DNA from: a virus
Lineage: Duplodnaviria; Heunggongvirae; Uroviricota; Caudoviricetes
IMG/VR virus record: IMGVR_UViG_2698536454_000017
Direction: 5' to 3' (one strand)
Length of the DNA stretch: 38,733 nucleotides
Below the pieces are notes generated by a model. That model was not told where the DNA came from. It saw only the letters and a program-made list of their open reading frames with translations, and searched no databases. This document shows, one piece after another, positions 28,037-38,217 of the stretch. Position 1 is the first letter of the stretch; each line of letters starts with the position of its first letter. The translations under genes and the position numbers were made by a program.

Positions 28037-28729
28037 ATGTTATATGCATTTAAGCTGGGCAGAAAACTGCGCGGCGAGGAACCTTGGTGCCCTGAAAAAG
28101 GCGGGAAAGGTGGCTCCGATAAAAGCGCAAAGTATGCAGCAGAAGCTCAGAAGTATGCCGCAGACCTGCAAAATCAGCAGTTCAACACCATCATGAACAA
28201 CCTGAAGCTGTTTACTCCTCTGGCTGATAAGTATGTCGGCAGCCTCGAGAACTTATCGTCTCTGGAAGGGCAAGGTCAGGCACTTAACCAGTATTACAAC
28301 TCTCAGCAGTACAAAGATCTTGCTGGTCAGGCTCGCTATCAGAGTCTGGCGGCAGCGGAAGCAACAGGTGGATTGGGTTCCACTGCAACCGGTAATCAGT
28401 TAGCAACAATCGCACCAACGCTTGGTCAGCAATGGCTATCTGGTCAGATGAACAACTACCAGAATCTGGCAAATATTGGTCTTGGCGCACTGCAAGGTCA
28501 GGCAAACGCCGGGCAGACATATGCCAACAACATGAGTCAGATTTCGCAGCAAAGTGCGGCTCTTGCAGCGGCAAATGCCAACAGACCATCAGCAATGCAA
28601 TCTGCTATTGGCGGAGGTGCGTCTGGTGCTATTGCTGGGGCTGGACTTGCGAAATTAATTGGTTCATCAACTCCGTGGGGTGCTGGTATCGGTGCTGGTA
28701 TCGGTCTGCTTGGTTCACTGCTTTATTAA
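28037..28729 (+). CDS. ejection protein (P22 gp7-like)
   Basis: Synteny; 230 aa; Q/A/G-rich with C-terminal glycine-zipper membrane segment. Confidence 0.6.
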   Translation: MLYAFKLGRKLRGEEPWCPEKGGKGGSDKSAKYAAEAQKYAADLQNQQFNTIMNNLKLFTPLADKYVGSLENLSSLEGQGQALNQYYNSQQYKDLAGQARYQSLAAAEATGGLGSTATGNQLATIAPTLGQQWLSGQMNNYQNLANIGLGALQGQANAGQTYANNMSQISQQSAALAAANANRPSAMQSAIGGGASGAIAGAGLAKLIGSSTPWGAGIGAGIGLLGSLLY

Positions 28730-28739
28730 GGGGTAATCA

Positions 28740-30155
28740 ATGGCTACGTGGCAACAGGGTATTAATTCTGGTGGTTTTCTGGCTGGCATCGGTACGCAAA
28801 ATGAGAATGCGCCAAAGGCAAGCGACATTAACGCAACGCTTGGTCTGATCCGCGAAAACAATGAACTGGCTCGCTCAGGTGCAAATAACGTTGGTCTGAC
28901 CGCGTTACGTGGTCTGGCTGGAGTTGCTGATATTTACAATCAGGAACAGCAACAGAAAGCGATTAGTGCGTTCAATAAGGTTCACGCTGATGCATGGGCT
29001 TCTGGTGATCCATCGGGACTATTTAAGTTTGCCAAGGAAAATCCAGCGTTTGTTGCGCAGGCACAACAGGCGTTTTCCGGTCTTAATGAGCAGCAACGCA
29101 ACGATATGGGCGATTTAGCCATGAGGGCTAACGTCGCTCTTTCTCAGGGACCGGAAGCCTACAGTAAATTCATTACTGACAACAAGGACAGGTTAAATCG
29201 CGTTGGTGCTAATGCTGACTGGATGATTCAGACAGGTATCCAGAATCCAGAGCAGCTATCACACATGCTGACTACTATGTCTCTCGGTGCTCTTGGACCA
29301 GAAAAGGCGTTTGCTGTTCAGGATAAGATGGCTGGTCGTGAAATTGACCGAGGCAGGCTGGCAGAGACAATCCGCAGCAATCAGGCTGGCGAGGCACTTC
29401 AGGCGAGAGGGCAAAACCTTTCCTATCAGTCAGCAATGACTGGGCACAATATCGCAGCACAACGCTTGGCTCTGGATCAGCAAGAGTTCGGGTTTAAGAT
29501 GCAGCAAGCGCAGGAAAAGGCTCAGCAGTTGATTAGCGAAGCACCTAAGCTGTCAGTAAATATGGAAAAAGGCATCGAGACGGCTGTAAACAATGCCACA
29601 GCATCATCAAACTCAGCCAATTCCATGAGTGCGCTTGCTCAACAGTTCAGAGCAGAAAAACCAACGACAGGTTTGTTCGGTAACGCACAGAACATGTTCG
29701 CAAAACTTACCGGAAGCGATACGACATTGCGTGATTTGCGCATTCGCCAAAATGCCCTTGTTAACAGTCAGGTTCTTAAATTCCTACCTCCCGGCCCAGC
29801 AACGGATAAAGACGTTGAGATCGTTCGACAGGGTGCGCCAACTGACATGGATAACCCTGAGACGGTCGCAAGATGGCTTGATGCAATGGCAAACCTTGAG
29901 CGACGAAACGCGCAGTTTAATGAGTTTAAAGCCGAGTGGATGAGCGCGAATGGCAACCCTGGACAATCGCGTAATGGCGGTCAGATATTGGGGTTGGATG
30001 TTAAAAAAGGTGAATCATTGGGGAGTGCCGTTAAGCGGTATATGTCAATGAATACTGACGCAGCGCCAGCACAAGATTCGACACCTTCAGGAGAACCACG
30101 GAATCAGGTTGGATCATATACATCAAAATCAGGCATTCAATTTACGGTGGAATGA
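28740..30155 (+). CDS. ejection protein (P22 gp20-like), 471 aa
   Basis: Synteny and identical length to recalled P22 gp20. Confidence 0.65.
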   Translation: MATWQQGINSGGFLAGIGTQNENAPKASDINATLGLIRENNELARSGANNVGLTALRGLAGVADIYNQEQQQKAISAFNKVHADAWASGDPSGLFKFAKENPAFVAQAQQAFSGLNEQQRNDMGDLAMRANVALSQGPEAYSKFITDNKDRLNRVGANADWMIQTGIQNPEQLSHMLTTMSLGALGPEKAFAVQDKMAGREIDRGRLAETIRSNQAGEALQARGQNLSYQSAMTGHNIAAQRLALDQQEFGFKMQQAQEKAQQLISEAPKLSVNMEKGIETAVNNATASSNSANSMSALAQQFRAEKPTTGLFGNAQNMFAKLTGSDTTLRDLRIRQNALVNSQVLKFLPPGPATDKDVEIVRQGAPTDMDNPETVARWLDAMANLERRNAQFNEFKAEWMSANGNPGQSRNGGQILGLDVKKGESLGSAVKRYMSMNTDAAPAQDSTPSGEPRNQVGSYTSKSGIQFTVE

Positions 30156-32158
30156 TGAAAGTAACTGCAAACGGTAAGACATTTACCTTTCCTGATGGTA
30201 CGAGCACCGAAGATATTGGCACCGCCATTGATGAGTATTTTGCTGGTCAGTCAGCACCAACACAACAAGGTGTTCAGCAATCGCCAGCAGACAACTCACT
30301 TGCATCAGGATATGCACAGCTTGCCACTCAGCAGAAGGAAGGACTAGATCGCTCTGCTGAGCAAGGGGCTGTTTTAGGTGCTGCAATGCGCGATGCCGTT
30401 ACCGGTGAAAGCCGAATGACACCAGAAATGGAGAGACTGCAAAATGTTGGGTCTGCTCCAGAGCTTAATAGCTTAAGCACTGATGCGCTGCGTGCTGGAT
30501 TGGGGCAGCTATTTGGTTCCGACGCTTCACAGGAGAAAATACTGCAAAGTATTGGCGGGAAAATCCGGAAGGATGAGAAGGGAAATTCCATAGTCACCCT
30601 TCCTTCAGGGGAATATGCACTTAACAAGCCTGGTTTGTCACCGCAGGATATAACGTCATTCTTGGCAAATGCTCTTGCATTCACTCCAGCAGGTAGAGCT
30701 GCGTCTGTTGTAGGTGCAACACTAAAATCAGGCGCTACTGATTTAGCTTTACAGGGGGCCACTAAGATCGCTGGCGGTGAGAATGTTAATCCAGTTCAAA
30801 CTGCAATTTCTGCTGGTCTTGGTGGGGTACTGAAGGGTGTAGAAAACACCGCAAGCGCAGTGTCTCGTTCTGCTATGGGTAATATTGCTCCTGAAAAACA
30901 AGCTCAGATTGACTTTGCCAAGCAGAACAACTTGCCACTGATGACAACAGATCTTGTGGAACCGGGAACAAATATTGGTAAGCAAGCACGAGCTATGGCT
31001 GAGCGAATCCCAATAGCCGGAACAGGTGGGATAAGAAATGCACAGCAAAAGGCCAGGGAAGATTTAGTTAGAACATTTAGCGATAATGTTGGTGGAATAT
31101 CTGACGCACAACTTTACCAATCAGCTACTCGTGGTCAGCAGCAATTTATTCAGGCTGCTGGCAAGCGGTACGACAGGATCATCAGTTTGATGGGGGATAC
31201 TCCTGTTGACATCACTGGAACAGTGAAAGCAATTGATGAGCAGATTTCCAAGTTAACTCGCCCAGGAGTATCGCAAGACCGCTCAGCTGTTTCTGTCCTT
31301 CAACAGTTTAGAAATGACATCACCAGCGGTCCAAATAACCTGCAATTAGCTAGAGAAAACCGTACAAACTTACGTAAGCGATTTATGGCAGCACCTGACG
31401 AGGTCGATAGAGATACGCTGGAGAAAGCTGCGCAGTCTGTTTATAACGCATACACAACAGACATGAAAAAAGCGGTTGGCGCAAAACTAGGTGCGAAGGA
31501 AGCGCAAAACATGTCGCGTGTTGATCGTTCTTGGGCAAAGTTCAACGACATGATGAGCAATACACGTGTCCAAAAAGCTATTCAGAGTGGTAAAACAACG
31601 CCAGAAGATGTCACTAAACTAGTATTTAGCCAAAGCCCAGCGGAAAGGGCGCAACTTTATCGATTGCTTGATGATAGTGGGCGTCAAAATGCTAGAGCAG
31701 CACTTGTTCAGCGTGCAATGGATAAGGCGACAAGCGATTCAGGAAAGCTTAGCGTTGAGAAGTTTATTAATGAAATGAAAAGGAATCGGAAGCAGGCTGA
31801 GACGTTCTTCAGAGGAGAGCATGGGAAACAGCTTGATGGGATAATGAAATATCTTGATTCCACTAGACAGGCAGCTACTGCTGCCGCAAGCCCACTAACA
31901 GGGCAAATGGTAGCTGGTCCAGCAGCGCTGATAACAGCTCTTGCGTCTGTTACAAATCCAATGTTTGCAAAAGTTGCGGCAGTTGGAGCTGGTATCGGTA
32001 TGGCTGGCAGGGGCTATGAGTCACGCGCGATGAGGAACGCATTACTAAAGTTAGCAAACACACCAAAAGGAAGTACTGCTTATGATAGAGCGATCAGACG
32101 GGTATCTGAAACTCTTACACCTCTAATTCAGGCTTCAAGTGAGAAAGCCCAGCAGTAA
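30152..32158 (+). CDS. ejection protein (P22 gp16-like), 668 aa
   Basis: Synteny; large A/G/Q-rich protein preceding tailspike region. Confidence 0.65.
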   Translation: MMKVTANGKTFTFPDGTSTEDIGTAIDEYFAGQSAPTQQGVQQSPADNSLASGYAQLATQQKEGLDRSAEQGAVLGAAMRDAVTGESRMTPEMERLQNVGSAPELNSLSTDALRAGLGQLFGSDASQEKILQSIGGKIRKDEKGNSIVTLPSGEYALNKPGLSPQDITSFLANALAFTPAGRAASVVGATLKSGATDLALQGATKIAGGENVNPVQTAISAGLGGVLKGVENTASAVSRSAMGNIAPEKQAQIDFAKQNNLPLMTTDLVEPGTNIGKQARAMAERIPIAGTGGIRNAQQKAREDLVRTFSDNVGGISDAQLYQSATRGQQQFIQAAGKRYDRIISLMGDTPVDITGTVKAIDEQISKLTRPGVSQDRSAVSVLQQFRNDITSGPNNLQLARENRTNLRKRFMAAPDEVDRDTLEKAAQSVYNAYTTDMKKAVGAKLGAKEAQNMSRVDRSWAKFNDMMSNTRVQKAIQSGKTTPEDVTKLVFSQSPAERAQLYRLLDDSGRQNARAALVQRAMDKATSDSGKLSVEKFINEMKRNRKQAETFFRGEHGKQLDGIMKYLDSTRQAATAAASPLTGQMVAGPAALITALASVTNPMFAKVAAVGAGIGMAGRGYESRAMRNALLKLANTPKGSTAYDRAIRRVSETLTPLIQASSEKAQQ

Positions 32159-32166
32159 AAAGTTGG

Positions 32167-32487
32167 TTAGCGGTTGATGGTTGCTTTTTTCGGGTCATAC
32201 CATCTCGGCCATTCTTTCAGGAATGGGAATGAGTCGGGTGCGTGGTTCTTTTTGTACGATTTAAGCAGCCTTAACCGCTCAATCGCACACTCATAAACCT
32301 CTTGTTGCCCTGTAGTCATCTCGGTCCATGAAAGGTGATCCATTGATAAGACAACGTTTTCAGCTTCTTTTATGAGGGCGTTTTTATTTCTCACCGCAGC
32401 AGCATGGCTGACAGAGCAATCCTGCCATATTCTTAAAAGCCAAATAGCTAAGCAGATGAAAAAAATGGTAGATAGCGATATATACAC
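32167..32487 (-). CDS. small membrane-anchored protein (about 106 aa; start uncertain)
   Basis: GTG 32487..32485 with AAGGAGG SD 5 nt upstream; N-terminal TM helix YISLSTIFFICLAIWLL; longer ORF-track version would overlap the divergent gene. Confidence 0.4.
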   Translation of the reverse strand: MYISLSTIFFICLAIWLLRIWQDCSVSHAAAVRNKNALIKEAENVVLSMDHLSWTEMTTGQQEVYECAIERLRLLKSYKKNHAPDSFPFLKEWPRWYDPKKATINR

Positions 32488-32517
32488 ACCAACCTCCTTA
32501 GTTTTGAGCAGGATACC

Positions 32518-32883
32518 ATGAAAAAAGTTAACATTGGAAACGTACCAAAGATGCTCGTTCCGCTCTTTGAGAGCGGTACAATTGTGTTTTGTAGAGACTT
32601 TCCAGAATGGCAACGCCTGCATCAAAAACTTGGCGTTGACGTGCATGACTCTGACGCCAACGGAGCGTCTCATACAATGAGTAGCGAGAATGGTGTTTTG
32701 CATGTGATAGGCGTGTTCAATGGCAAACTATCTACTATTGCCCATGAGTGCGCTCACATGGCATTCGATATCTGCTCAAGGGTAGGTGTTGATGTTGAAC
32801 CAGGAAGAGCCAACGAGACTTACTGCTACTTAATGAGCAGGCTTGTTGAGTTCTGCGAGCGACATATCAAAAAGCCGGAGTGA
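32518..32883 (+). CDS. small HExxH-motif protein (putative Zn-metallopeptidase-like, 121 aa)
   Basis: STIAHECAHMAFD motif with downstream Glu (EPGRANETY); ATG 32518. Confidence 0.5.
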   Translation: MKKVNIGNVPKMLVPLFESGTIVFCRDFPEWQRLHQKLGVDVHDSDANGASHTMSSENGVLHVIGVFNGKLSTIAHECAHMAFDICSRVGVDVEPGRANETYCYLMSRLVEFCERHIKKPE

Positions 32884-32896
32884 ACCGGCTTGATTA

Positions 32897-33076
32897 TTAC
32901 TTTTTGCTGTCTGGAGTTCGCTTATCCAATACCCAGCCATGACCTGGCTTTGTTGTTGGTGGAAGCCTTTCGTTGTCCTTGACGGTGGCAAAATTGTCTT
33001 TCTTACCGCCGCGCGGGCCAACTTCTTGGTATATTCCGCCGTTTTTTCCTGTGTTTTCACCTGGTTTTTTCGCCAT
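32897..33076 (-). CDS. small Lys/Gly-rich hydrophilic protein (59 aa)
   Basis: ATG 33076..33074 with GAGGT SD 5 nt upstream; MAKKPGENTGKNGGIYQEVGPRGGKKDNFATVKDNERL... Confidence 0.4.
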   Translation of the reverse strand: MAKKPGENTGKNGGIYQEVGPRGGKKDNFATVKDNERLPPTTKPGHGWVLDKRTPDSKK

Positions 33077-33237
33077 GATATACCTCAACACACACCCGTT
33101 ATTGGGCGATTAAATATTGATCTCATTTTATAAGTAGTCAATATGGTCTTGGTAATGTCAAAAATTAACCAATCGTCATCTGGGGTATCCATAAAAACCC
33201 TTCAGTACATAACTACTGACAGATAACCAACGCAACG

Positions 33238-33261
33238 ACCCAGGTTCGGCTGGGTTTTTTT
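33238..33261 (+). terminator. rho-independent terminator upstream of tailspike
   Basis: ACCCAG-GTTCGG-CTGGGT followed by T7. Confidence 0.5.
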
Positions 33262-33319
33262 ATGCCCAAAATTCACCGTAGCCATGCTGCGGCCATTCCT
33301 TGTATCTGGAGCAAATCAA

Positions 33320-35563
33320 ATGACAGATTCAATAAATGCCAATGTTGTAGTGAGTATGCCTTCGCAACTCTTCACTATGGCTCGTTCTTTTAAAGCTGTA
33401 GCCAATGGCAAAATTTATATCGGTAAAATTGACACTGACCCGGTAAATCCTGAAAACCAGATTCAGGTTTATGTGGAGAACGAAGACGGTTCTCACGTTC
33501 CTGTTTCGCAACCAATCATCATTAACGCTGCTGGTTATCCGGTATATAACGGACAGATTGCCAAATTCGTAACTGAGCAAGGCCATTCTATGGCTGTTTA
33601 TGATGCGTATGGTGCACAGCAGTTCAAATTCCCAAATGTGCTGAAGTATGACCCTGACCAACTCAGGCAAGATCTTGCATCTCAAGGAGGTGTTAATCTG
33701 GTAAACGGAGCTATCTCACAGGAAGATCTTGTTTTGCAGTCGATCACAAAAATTCCAAGTTATGATAATTCTAACGTAGTCCAGGCATGGCGCGATAGTG
33801 TTGCGACCTACGGGTATGTTTACTTCTCTAATCATTCAAAAAATCAGATGGTGTACACCGTACCGTCTACAGCTGCTAACGCTTCTTTCCTTGCGAACAG
33901 TAAAGTAATCATTGATAAAAATGTCACCCTGAGATTCGACAGTGATCTGTACTCACTGTTTAAATCGTTGCAGTACGAGGGGGAGGGTACGTTTGAATTT
34001 ACGCACCTGAACTTTAAAGCAACCGGTGGAGAAGTGGATTACCTGGCTAAGCAGGCCATCCTCAACCGAAACCCTATTCGCATGAAGCGAGTGGAATGGT
34101 CAGATTGTAAAGTTTATTCCATAAATGGTGACACGTTCTTCTATGAAGGTGAAGTCACCATATCCTCAGATAGCGCAGCTATCTTCCCCTTAACTACTAA
34201 CCGTACAACAGGCCTGTTCGCACCAATAGATATTGGAGAGCATATTTCTGCACATATTCGCATGGAATCTCAGGCCGCCTCAGAAGTTGGGATTGTTCTG
34301 CGATGCTCTGGTGGTTGGATGATGTTCTATGGGGCACCAGGTGCTACACAGTGGTCTTATAGACAGAAACCAATTGGTGGTCCAGTAGCAGAAGGAACCC
34401 CATTCCCGCTGCCAGGAGGTTTACTGTCGTACGCCCCGGGCAAAGCAACCGTTGGCGTATCACTGCAAGGTAAAAACTGGGCGCAGATAACGATGAATGG
34501 CGTTGGGATACGTTTGCCCTTTGATACTGGTGATGTAGGGGATGTATACGAAGTTGGGTTTGTTGCACTGACCCCGGCATCTGGAGGTGCTGCGCGTGTA
34601 ACTGGATTATGCAGCTACACCTCTGATAATGGCGTGCACGGTAAGCCTCCACTTAATATCCTTATCCACGGGGATAGTACAGCTGAGGATTTCATTTCCG
34701 CGTTCAGCTCGTACATTCCGCAATTAATGGATGGAGCGAACGGCCACCGTTCATATAGCATTGTAAACAAGGCAGTTGCCGGACAGACAATGAGGCAACA
34801 GTTAGATCTCCTGAAGGCTCAGGGGCCGGGTGATGCTTACATCGTTATTATGGTTGCCGGAACTAACGAAGGGCAGGCAAACCAAAACGGCGATTATATG
34901 GCGTCACTGATAGATGAGTTTGTCTTATATTGCAATGGCCTTGGTCGTATCCCTGTTTGGGTTGAGCCGTGGATGTGGTATAGCCAGTCATTTATTGGCG
35001 GTGCTGGTCAACCATCAGCAAATTACGATGGTGTTGCGGAGTTGCGCGAGGCTGGTAAACGCCAGATGATGAAATATGGCAATAACGTCATTTGTGTAAC
35101 AACAACTCACCAGCTCCCGGCCCCATATCCAGAGTATTTCAACACGCAATACGACCCACTTCTGCGTGATGACATTCACCAAAGCCAGTTAGGGTATCGT
35201 CTGTATGCGGAAATTATCTGCTCTGCCATTATCGACTGGTGGTCGCGTGTTGATTACACGCCAAGAGCAGCTGTTCAATGGTGGGCTGGAACAAACGTAA
35301 CAGTACAGGCACCGTCAAGTTTAACTGCCAATTCAATTAATATTAAACTGGCAGCCACTTCATTTGCGAATGGCAATACTGTTCTAACGCTTCCGAGGTG
35401 GTGCAGACCAAAAGTAACCAAAAATGTCCCTGTACCGTTCACTGCTGATGGCGTTTCATTTGGCATGGCAATGGCCACCATTAATGCTTCAACAGGACAA
35501 ATATCGATTGAAGGGTCCACAACTACATCTCCAACGTTCTACATAGATGCGACATGGGCGTGA
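33320..35563 (+). CDS. tailspike: P22-type head-binding N-terminal domain fused to an SGNH/GDSL esterase receptor domain
   Basis: N-terminus [60 protein letters not shown] matches recalled P22 gp9 residues 1-120; SGNH blocks [19 protein letters not shown]. Confidence 0.85.
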   Translation: MTDSINANVVVSMPSQLFTMARSFKAVANGKIYIGKIDTDPVNPENQIQVYVENEDGSHVPVSQPIIINAAGYPVYNGQIAKFVTEQGHSMAVYDAYGAQQFKFPNVLKYDPDQLRQDLASQGGVNLVNGAISQEDLVLQSITKIPSYDNSNVVQAWRDSVATYGYVYFSNHSKNQMVYTVPSTAANASFLANSKVIIDKNVTLRFDSDLYSLFKSLQYEGEGTFEFTHLNFKATGGEVDYLAKQAILNRNPIRMKRVEWSDCKVYSINGDTFFYEGEVTISSDSAAIFPLTTNRTTGLFAPIDIGEHISAHIRMESQAASEVGIVLRCSGGWMMFYGAPGATQWSYRQKPIGGPVAEGTPFPLPGGLLSYAPGKATVGVSLQGKNWAQITMNGVGIRLPFDTGDVGDVYEVGFVALTPASGGAARVTGLCSYTSDNGVHGKPPLNILIHGDSTAEDFISAFSSYIPQLMDGANGHRSYSIVNKAVAGQTMRQQLDLLKAQGPGDAYIVIMVAGTNEGQANQNGDYMASLIDEFVLYCNGLGRIPVWVEPWMWYSQSFIGGAGQPSANYDGVAELREAGKRQMMKYGNNVICVTTTHQLPAPYPEYFNTQYDPLLRDDIHQSQLGYRLYAEIICSAIIDWWSRVDYTPRAAVQWWAGTNVTVQAPSSLTANSINIKLAATSFANGNTVLTLPRWCRPKVTKNVPVPFTADGVSFGMAMATINASTGQISIEGSTTTSPTFYIDATWA

Positions 35564-35665
35564 TCGTTAAAAATATGCCATAGATATAATCAATTACAGC
35601 CAACCATATATGGTTAAAATGTGTATGATAAACTCTCCAACTAAGGAGGTTATTATGCACAATAG

Positions 35666-36082
35666 ATGGTGGTCACTATGGCAACCACGCTGACAACGGA
35701 GTCACTTAATCAGGGGCTTAGCCTTGGTGCGCTGGCTTCCGTTGTTGCCGGGGTTCCTCCTGAAGTAGCGTTAGGTGCTCTTGCTGGCGCGGTAATTTTT
35801 GTTACCTCGGCAGTTGAGTACCCAATAAAACGGCGGCTGCTCCTGGCTATTCTCAGCTTCCTCTGCGGAGTTCTCTTCTACAAAGCGACAGCATCAATTC
35901 TCATCGGTGTTGCCAGCCTTATACCAACGATCACGCAGGATTCTTTTGAGAAGGGCATTGTGTTTTCTGCCGGTGCTTTCGTATCAGCAATCGTTGCTGT
36001 CCGCATTGGTATCTGGCTGTATCACAGCTCTGAAAATCCGCGCGACCTTATCCCGGGGAGAAAAGACGATGGCCAGTCCTGA
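35666..36082 (+). CDS. holin-like membrane protein (138 aa, 3-4 TM segments)
   Basis: Hydrophobic helices; first gene of a holin/endolysin/spanin cluster; start 35666 or 35678. Confidence 0.5.
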   Translation: MVVTMATTLTTESLNQGLSLGALASVVAGVPPEVALGALAGAVIFVTSAVEYPIKRRLLLAILSFLCGVLFYKATASILIGVASLIPTITQDSFEKGIVFSAGAFVSAIVAVRIGIWLYHSSENPRDLIPGRKDDGQS

Positions 36083-36362
36083 GCTACTTCTCATCCTGAA
36101 CGCCGCAATCTGCGGCGGAATTGCAATCAGAGTCCTGCTGTTCCGTCGTGGAGGGTCACGCCATCGCTGGTGGGGCGGGTGGCTGGCTTACCTTCTTATT
36201 GTCTCTGCTGCCAGCGTGCCTATTCGTACTTTTTACGGGCATTACATATGCGCAGATTGGTCAGAAATCATCATCAAAGCCGTGTTCCTGGCAGCCCTTA
36301 TCAAGACAAAAGGGAACGTGGTGCAAATTTTCAAGATAACGAGGTCTCAGCATGGACATTAA
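36069..36362 (+). CDS. second small membrane protein (97 aa; holin/antiholin-like)
   Basis: ATG 36069 with GGGGAG SD; 2-3 TM segments; overlaps neighbours by a few codons. Confidence 0.45.
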   Translation: MASPELLLILNAAICGGIAIRVLLFRRGGSRHRWWGGWLAYLLIVSAASVPIRTFYGHYICADWSEIIIKAVFLAALIKTKGNVVQIFKITRSQHGH

Positions 36363-36981
36363 ACAATTCCAGCGAGCTGCAGGTATTAGCGAGGCGCTGG
36401 CCGCTCGCTGGTTCTCGCATATAACTTCTGCGATGAAAGAGTTTGGTATCAGCAAAGCAGAAGATCAGGCAATGTTTATTGCTCAAGTCGGGCATGAGTC
36501 TGGTGGCTTCACCAGGTTGCAGGAGAATTTCAACTACAGCGTCACAGGACTGGCTAACTTTGTTCGGGCAGGACGTCTCACTCAGGGACAGGCCAACGCA
36601 CTGGGTCGCCGTGCTGGTGAACCACCATTGCCACTCGAGCGCCAGCGCGCGATCGCAAATCTGGTGTACAGCAAACGCATGGGTAACAATGCCCCAGGCG
36701 ATGGCTGGAATTACCGTGGGCGCGGACTTATCCAGATTACCGGTTTGAATAACTATCGTGACTGCGGAAACGGCCTGAAAGTGGACCTGCTGGAGAATCC
36801 TGAACTGCTGGCGCAGGACGAATATGCGGCCCGCAGCGCGGCTTGGTTCTTCGCCACAAAAGGCTGCATGAAGTACACCGGCGACATGGTGCGCGTCACG
36901 CAGATCATCAATGGCGGGCAGAACGGCATCGACGACCGGCGTGCGCGTTACATCACTGCCAGTAAGGTGCTGGCGGTATGA
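36352..36981 (+). CDS. GH19 (chitinase class I-like) endolysin
   Basis: [12 protein letters not shown] and [13 protein letters not shown] motifs characteristic of GH19 phage endolysins. Confidence 0.8.
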   Translation: MDIKQFQRAAGISEALAARWFSHITSAMKEFGISKAEDQAMFIAQVGHESGGFTRLQENFNYSVTGLANFVRAGRLTQGQANALGRRAGEPPLPLERQRAIANLVYSKRMGNNAPGDGWNYRGRGLIQITGLNNYRDCGNGLKVDLLENPELLAQDEYAARSAAWFFATKGCMKYTGDMVRVTQIINGGQNGIDDRRARYITASKVLAV

Positions 36982-37466
36982 TCTGGGCATTCGTGAAAGC
37001 GTACTGGAAACCGTTGCTTATCGTGGTGATGCTTGCTGCTTTGGTTGCTGGATGCCGTATCGCCTGGGTGAATCATGGTGAAACTCAGTACGCCGCAGGA
37101 TACGCGCAGGCACAGTCAGACCAGAAACAGGCTGATGATAAGGCCAGGTCACAACGTGATCAGGAGAAGACACAAATTGAACATGAAGCACAATCTCGTA
37201 TCGATGTGGCGCGCGTTGATGCTGAGCATGCTAATACCGCTGCTGACGGCCTGCGCGCCGAGCTTGACAAAACCAAGCGACTCGCCGAACACTATACCGG
37301 ATCTTTCCCCGCTGGCACGCCAGCCAGCAAGGTCATCGGTGTGCTCGCCGACATGCTTGAAGAAAGCAACCGAGCTTACATCGCAGCAGCAGAAGAGGCT
37401 GAGCGATATCGGTCTGCAGGACTCACATGCGAGCGACAGTATGACTCCCTGAAAACGGGGTACTGA
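36978..37466 (+). CDS. i-spanin (Rz-like)
   Basis: N-terminal TM ([13 protein letters not shown]) then coiled coil; ATGA overlap with endolysin. Confidence 0.6.
   Translation: MIWAFVKAYWKPLLIVVMLAALVAGCRIAWVNHGETQYAAGYAQAQSDQKQADDKARSQRDQEKTQIEHEAQSRIDVARVDAEHANTAADGLRAELDKTKRLAEHYTGSFPAGTPASKVIGVLADMLEESNRAYIAAAEEAERYRSAGLTCERQYDSLKTGY
37183..37452 (+). CDS. o-spanin (Rz1-like) embedded in Rz-like gene
   Basis: Signal peptide with lipobox LLTAC followed by Pro-rich segment, in alternate frame wholly inside 36978-37466; start codon uncertain. Confidence 0.5.
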   Translation: MKHNLVSMWRALMLSMLIPLLTACAPSLTKPSDSPNTIPDLSPLARQPARSSVCSPTCLKKATELTSQQQKRLSDIGLQDSHASDSMTP

Positions 37467-37594
37467 TTTCCGGTGACGGTATATAAAACGGTACGGTGAA
37501 AATCAGGATTCAGAAAGTTGTTATCAGTCAATTGGTTATGCATGTCGTAAATAATTGAGTGGGAATGATTTTAATCCCTGCACTATGAATGAAC

Positions 37595-37624
37595 AAAACC
37601 CTCTGTTACTACAGAGGGTTTTTT
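37595..37624. terminator. bidirectional rho-independent terminator between convergent genes
   Basis: AAAA-CCCTCTGT-TACT-ACAGAGGG-TTTTTT. Confidence 0.6.
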
Positions 37625-37662
37625 ATCTTCAAGAATCATAGGCTTGAAGTTACTAACATCGA

Positions 37663-38202
37663 TTAATTAAACCAGCTGTCCGATTTGTTCTCTTCTGCTT
37701 TGCCCACGCTTTTCATCAGATCGCGACCGCCTTCAGTCATATTTCTGTTGGCGTCAGCTTCAGATTGCACCACATCGGTTTGCGCAGCTTTGTGCTTCAG
37801 TTCCTGATCGATAAATTCGTTTTCTCGCTTAACGCGGGCTTCTTCTTTTGCCAGCGCCAGTTTTTGTTTCTGAATCTCTAAGCTGCGTAGCTCATCTTCA
37901 TAACTTTGATCGCGTTTTTTGTCCGCAGAGGCTTCGGCGTCCAGTTTATCCTGACGAGCTTTCTTATTTGCCGCTGCCGTTGCCGCTCTTTTGTTAGCGG
38001 CGGCCTGGGCATTTGCGCGACGTTGCTTCTCTTGCTGGATTTCCCTGTTGCGCTCCGCGACCCATTCGTCATGCTGCCTTTGCTCTTCATTTTTACCTTG
38101 CTGTTCAGCTTCTGCTACAGCAGAGAGTTGATCCTGCAATGATGAGGCGATAGCCGGATAGCTTAAGGAGGCCAAGATGGCGCAAAGAAAAACTTTCTTC
38201 AT
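37663..38202 (-). CDS. secreted coiled-coil protein (179 aa, signal peptide)
   Basis: Signal peptide MKKVFLCAILASLSYPAIA; K/E/Q/A-rich helical body; AGGAGG SD. Confidence 0.5.
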   Translation of the reverse strand: MKKVFLCAILASLSYPAIASSLQDQLSAVAEAEQQGKNEEQRQHDEWVAERNREIQQEKQRRANAQAAANKRAATAAANKKARQDKLDAEASADKKRDQSYEDELRSLEIQKQKLALAKEEARVKRENEFIDQELKHKAAQTDVVQSEADANRNMTEGGRDLMKSVGKAEENKSDSWFN

Positions 38203-38217
38203 GACTCCTCCTGATTA

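Noticed and set aside
30328-31048. Minus-strand ORFs 30183..30386, 30328..30762, 30749..31048
   Set aside because: Antisense within the gp16-like ejection gene; no independent support.
35655-35693. 12-codon ORF (MHNRWWSLWQPR) starting 4 nt after the strong SD before the second holin
   Set aside because: Too short to call a gene; noted as a possible upstream/leader ORF or evidence that the holin start is mis-set.
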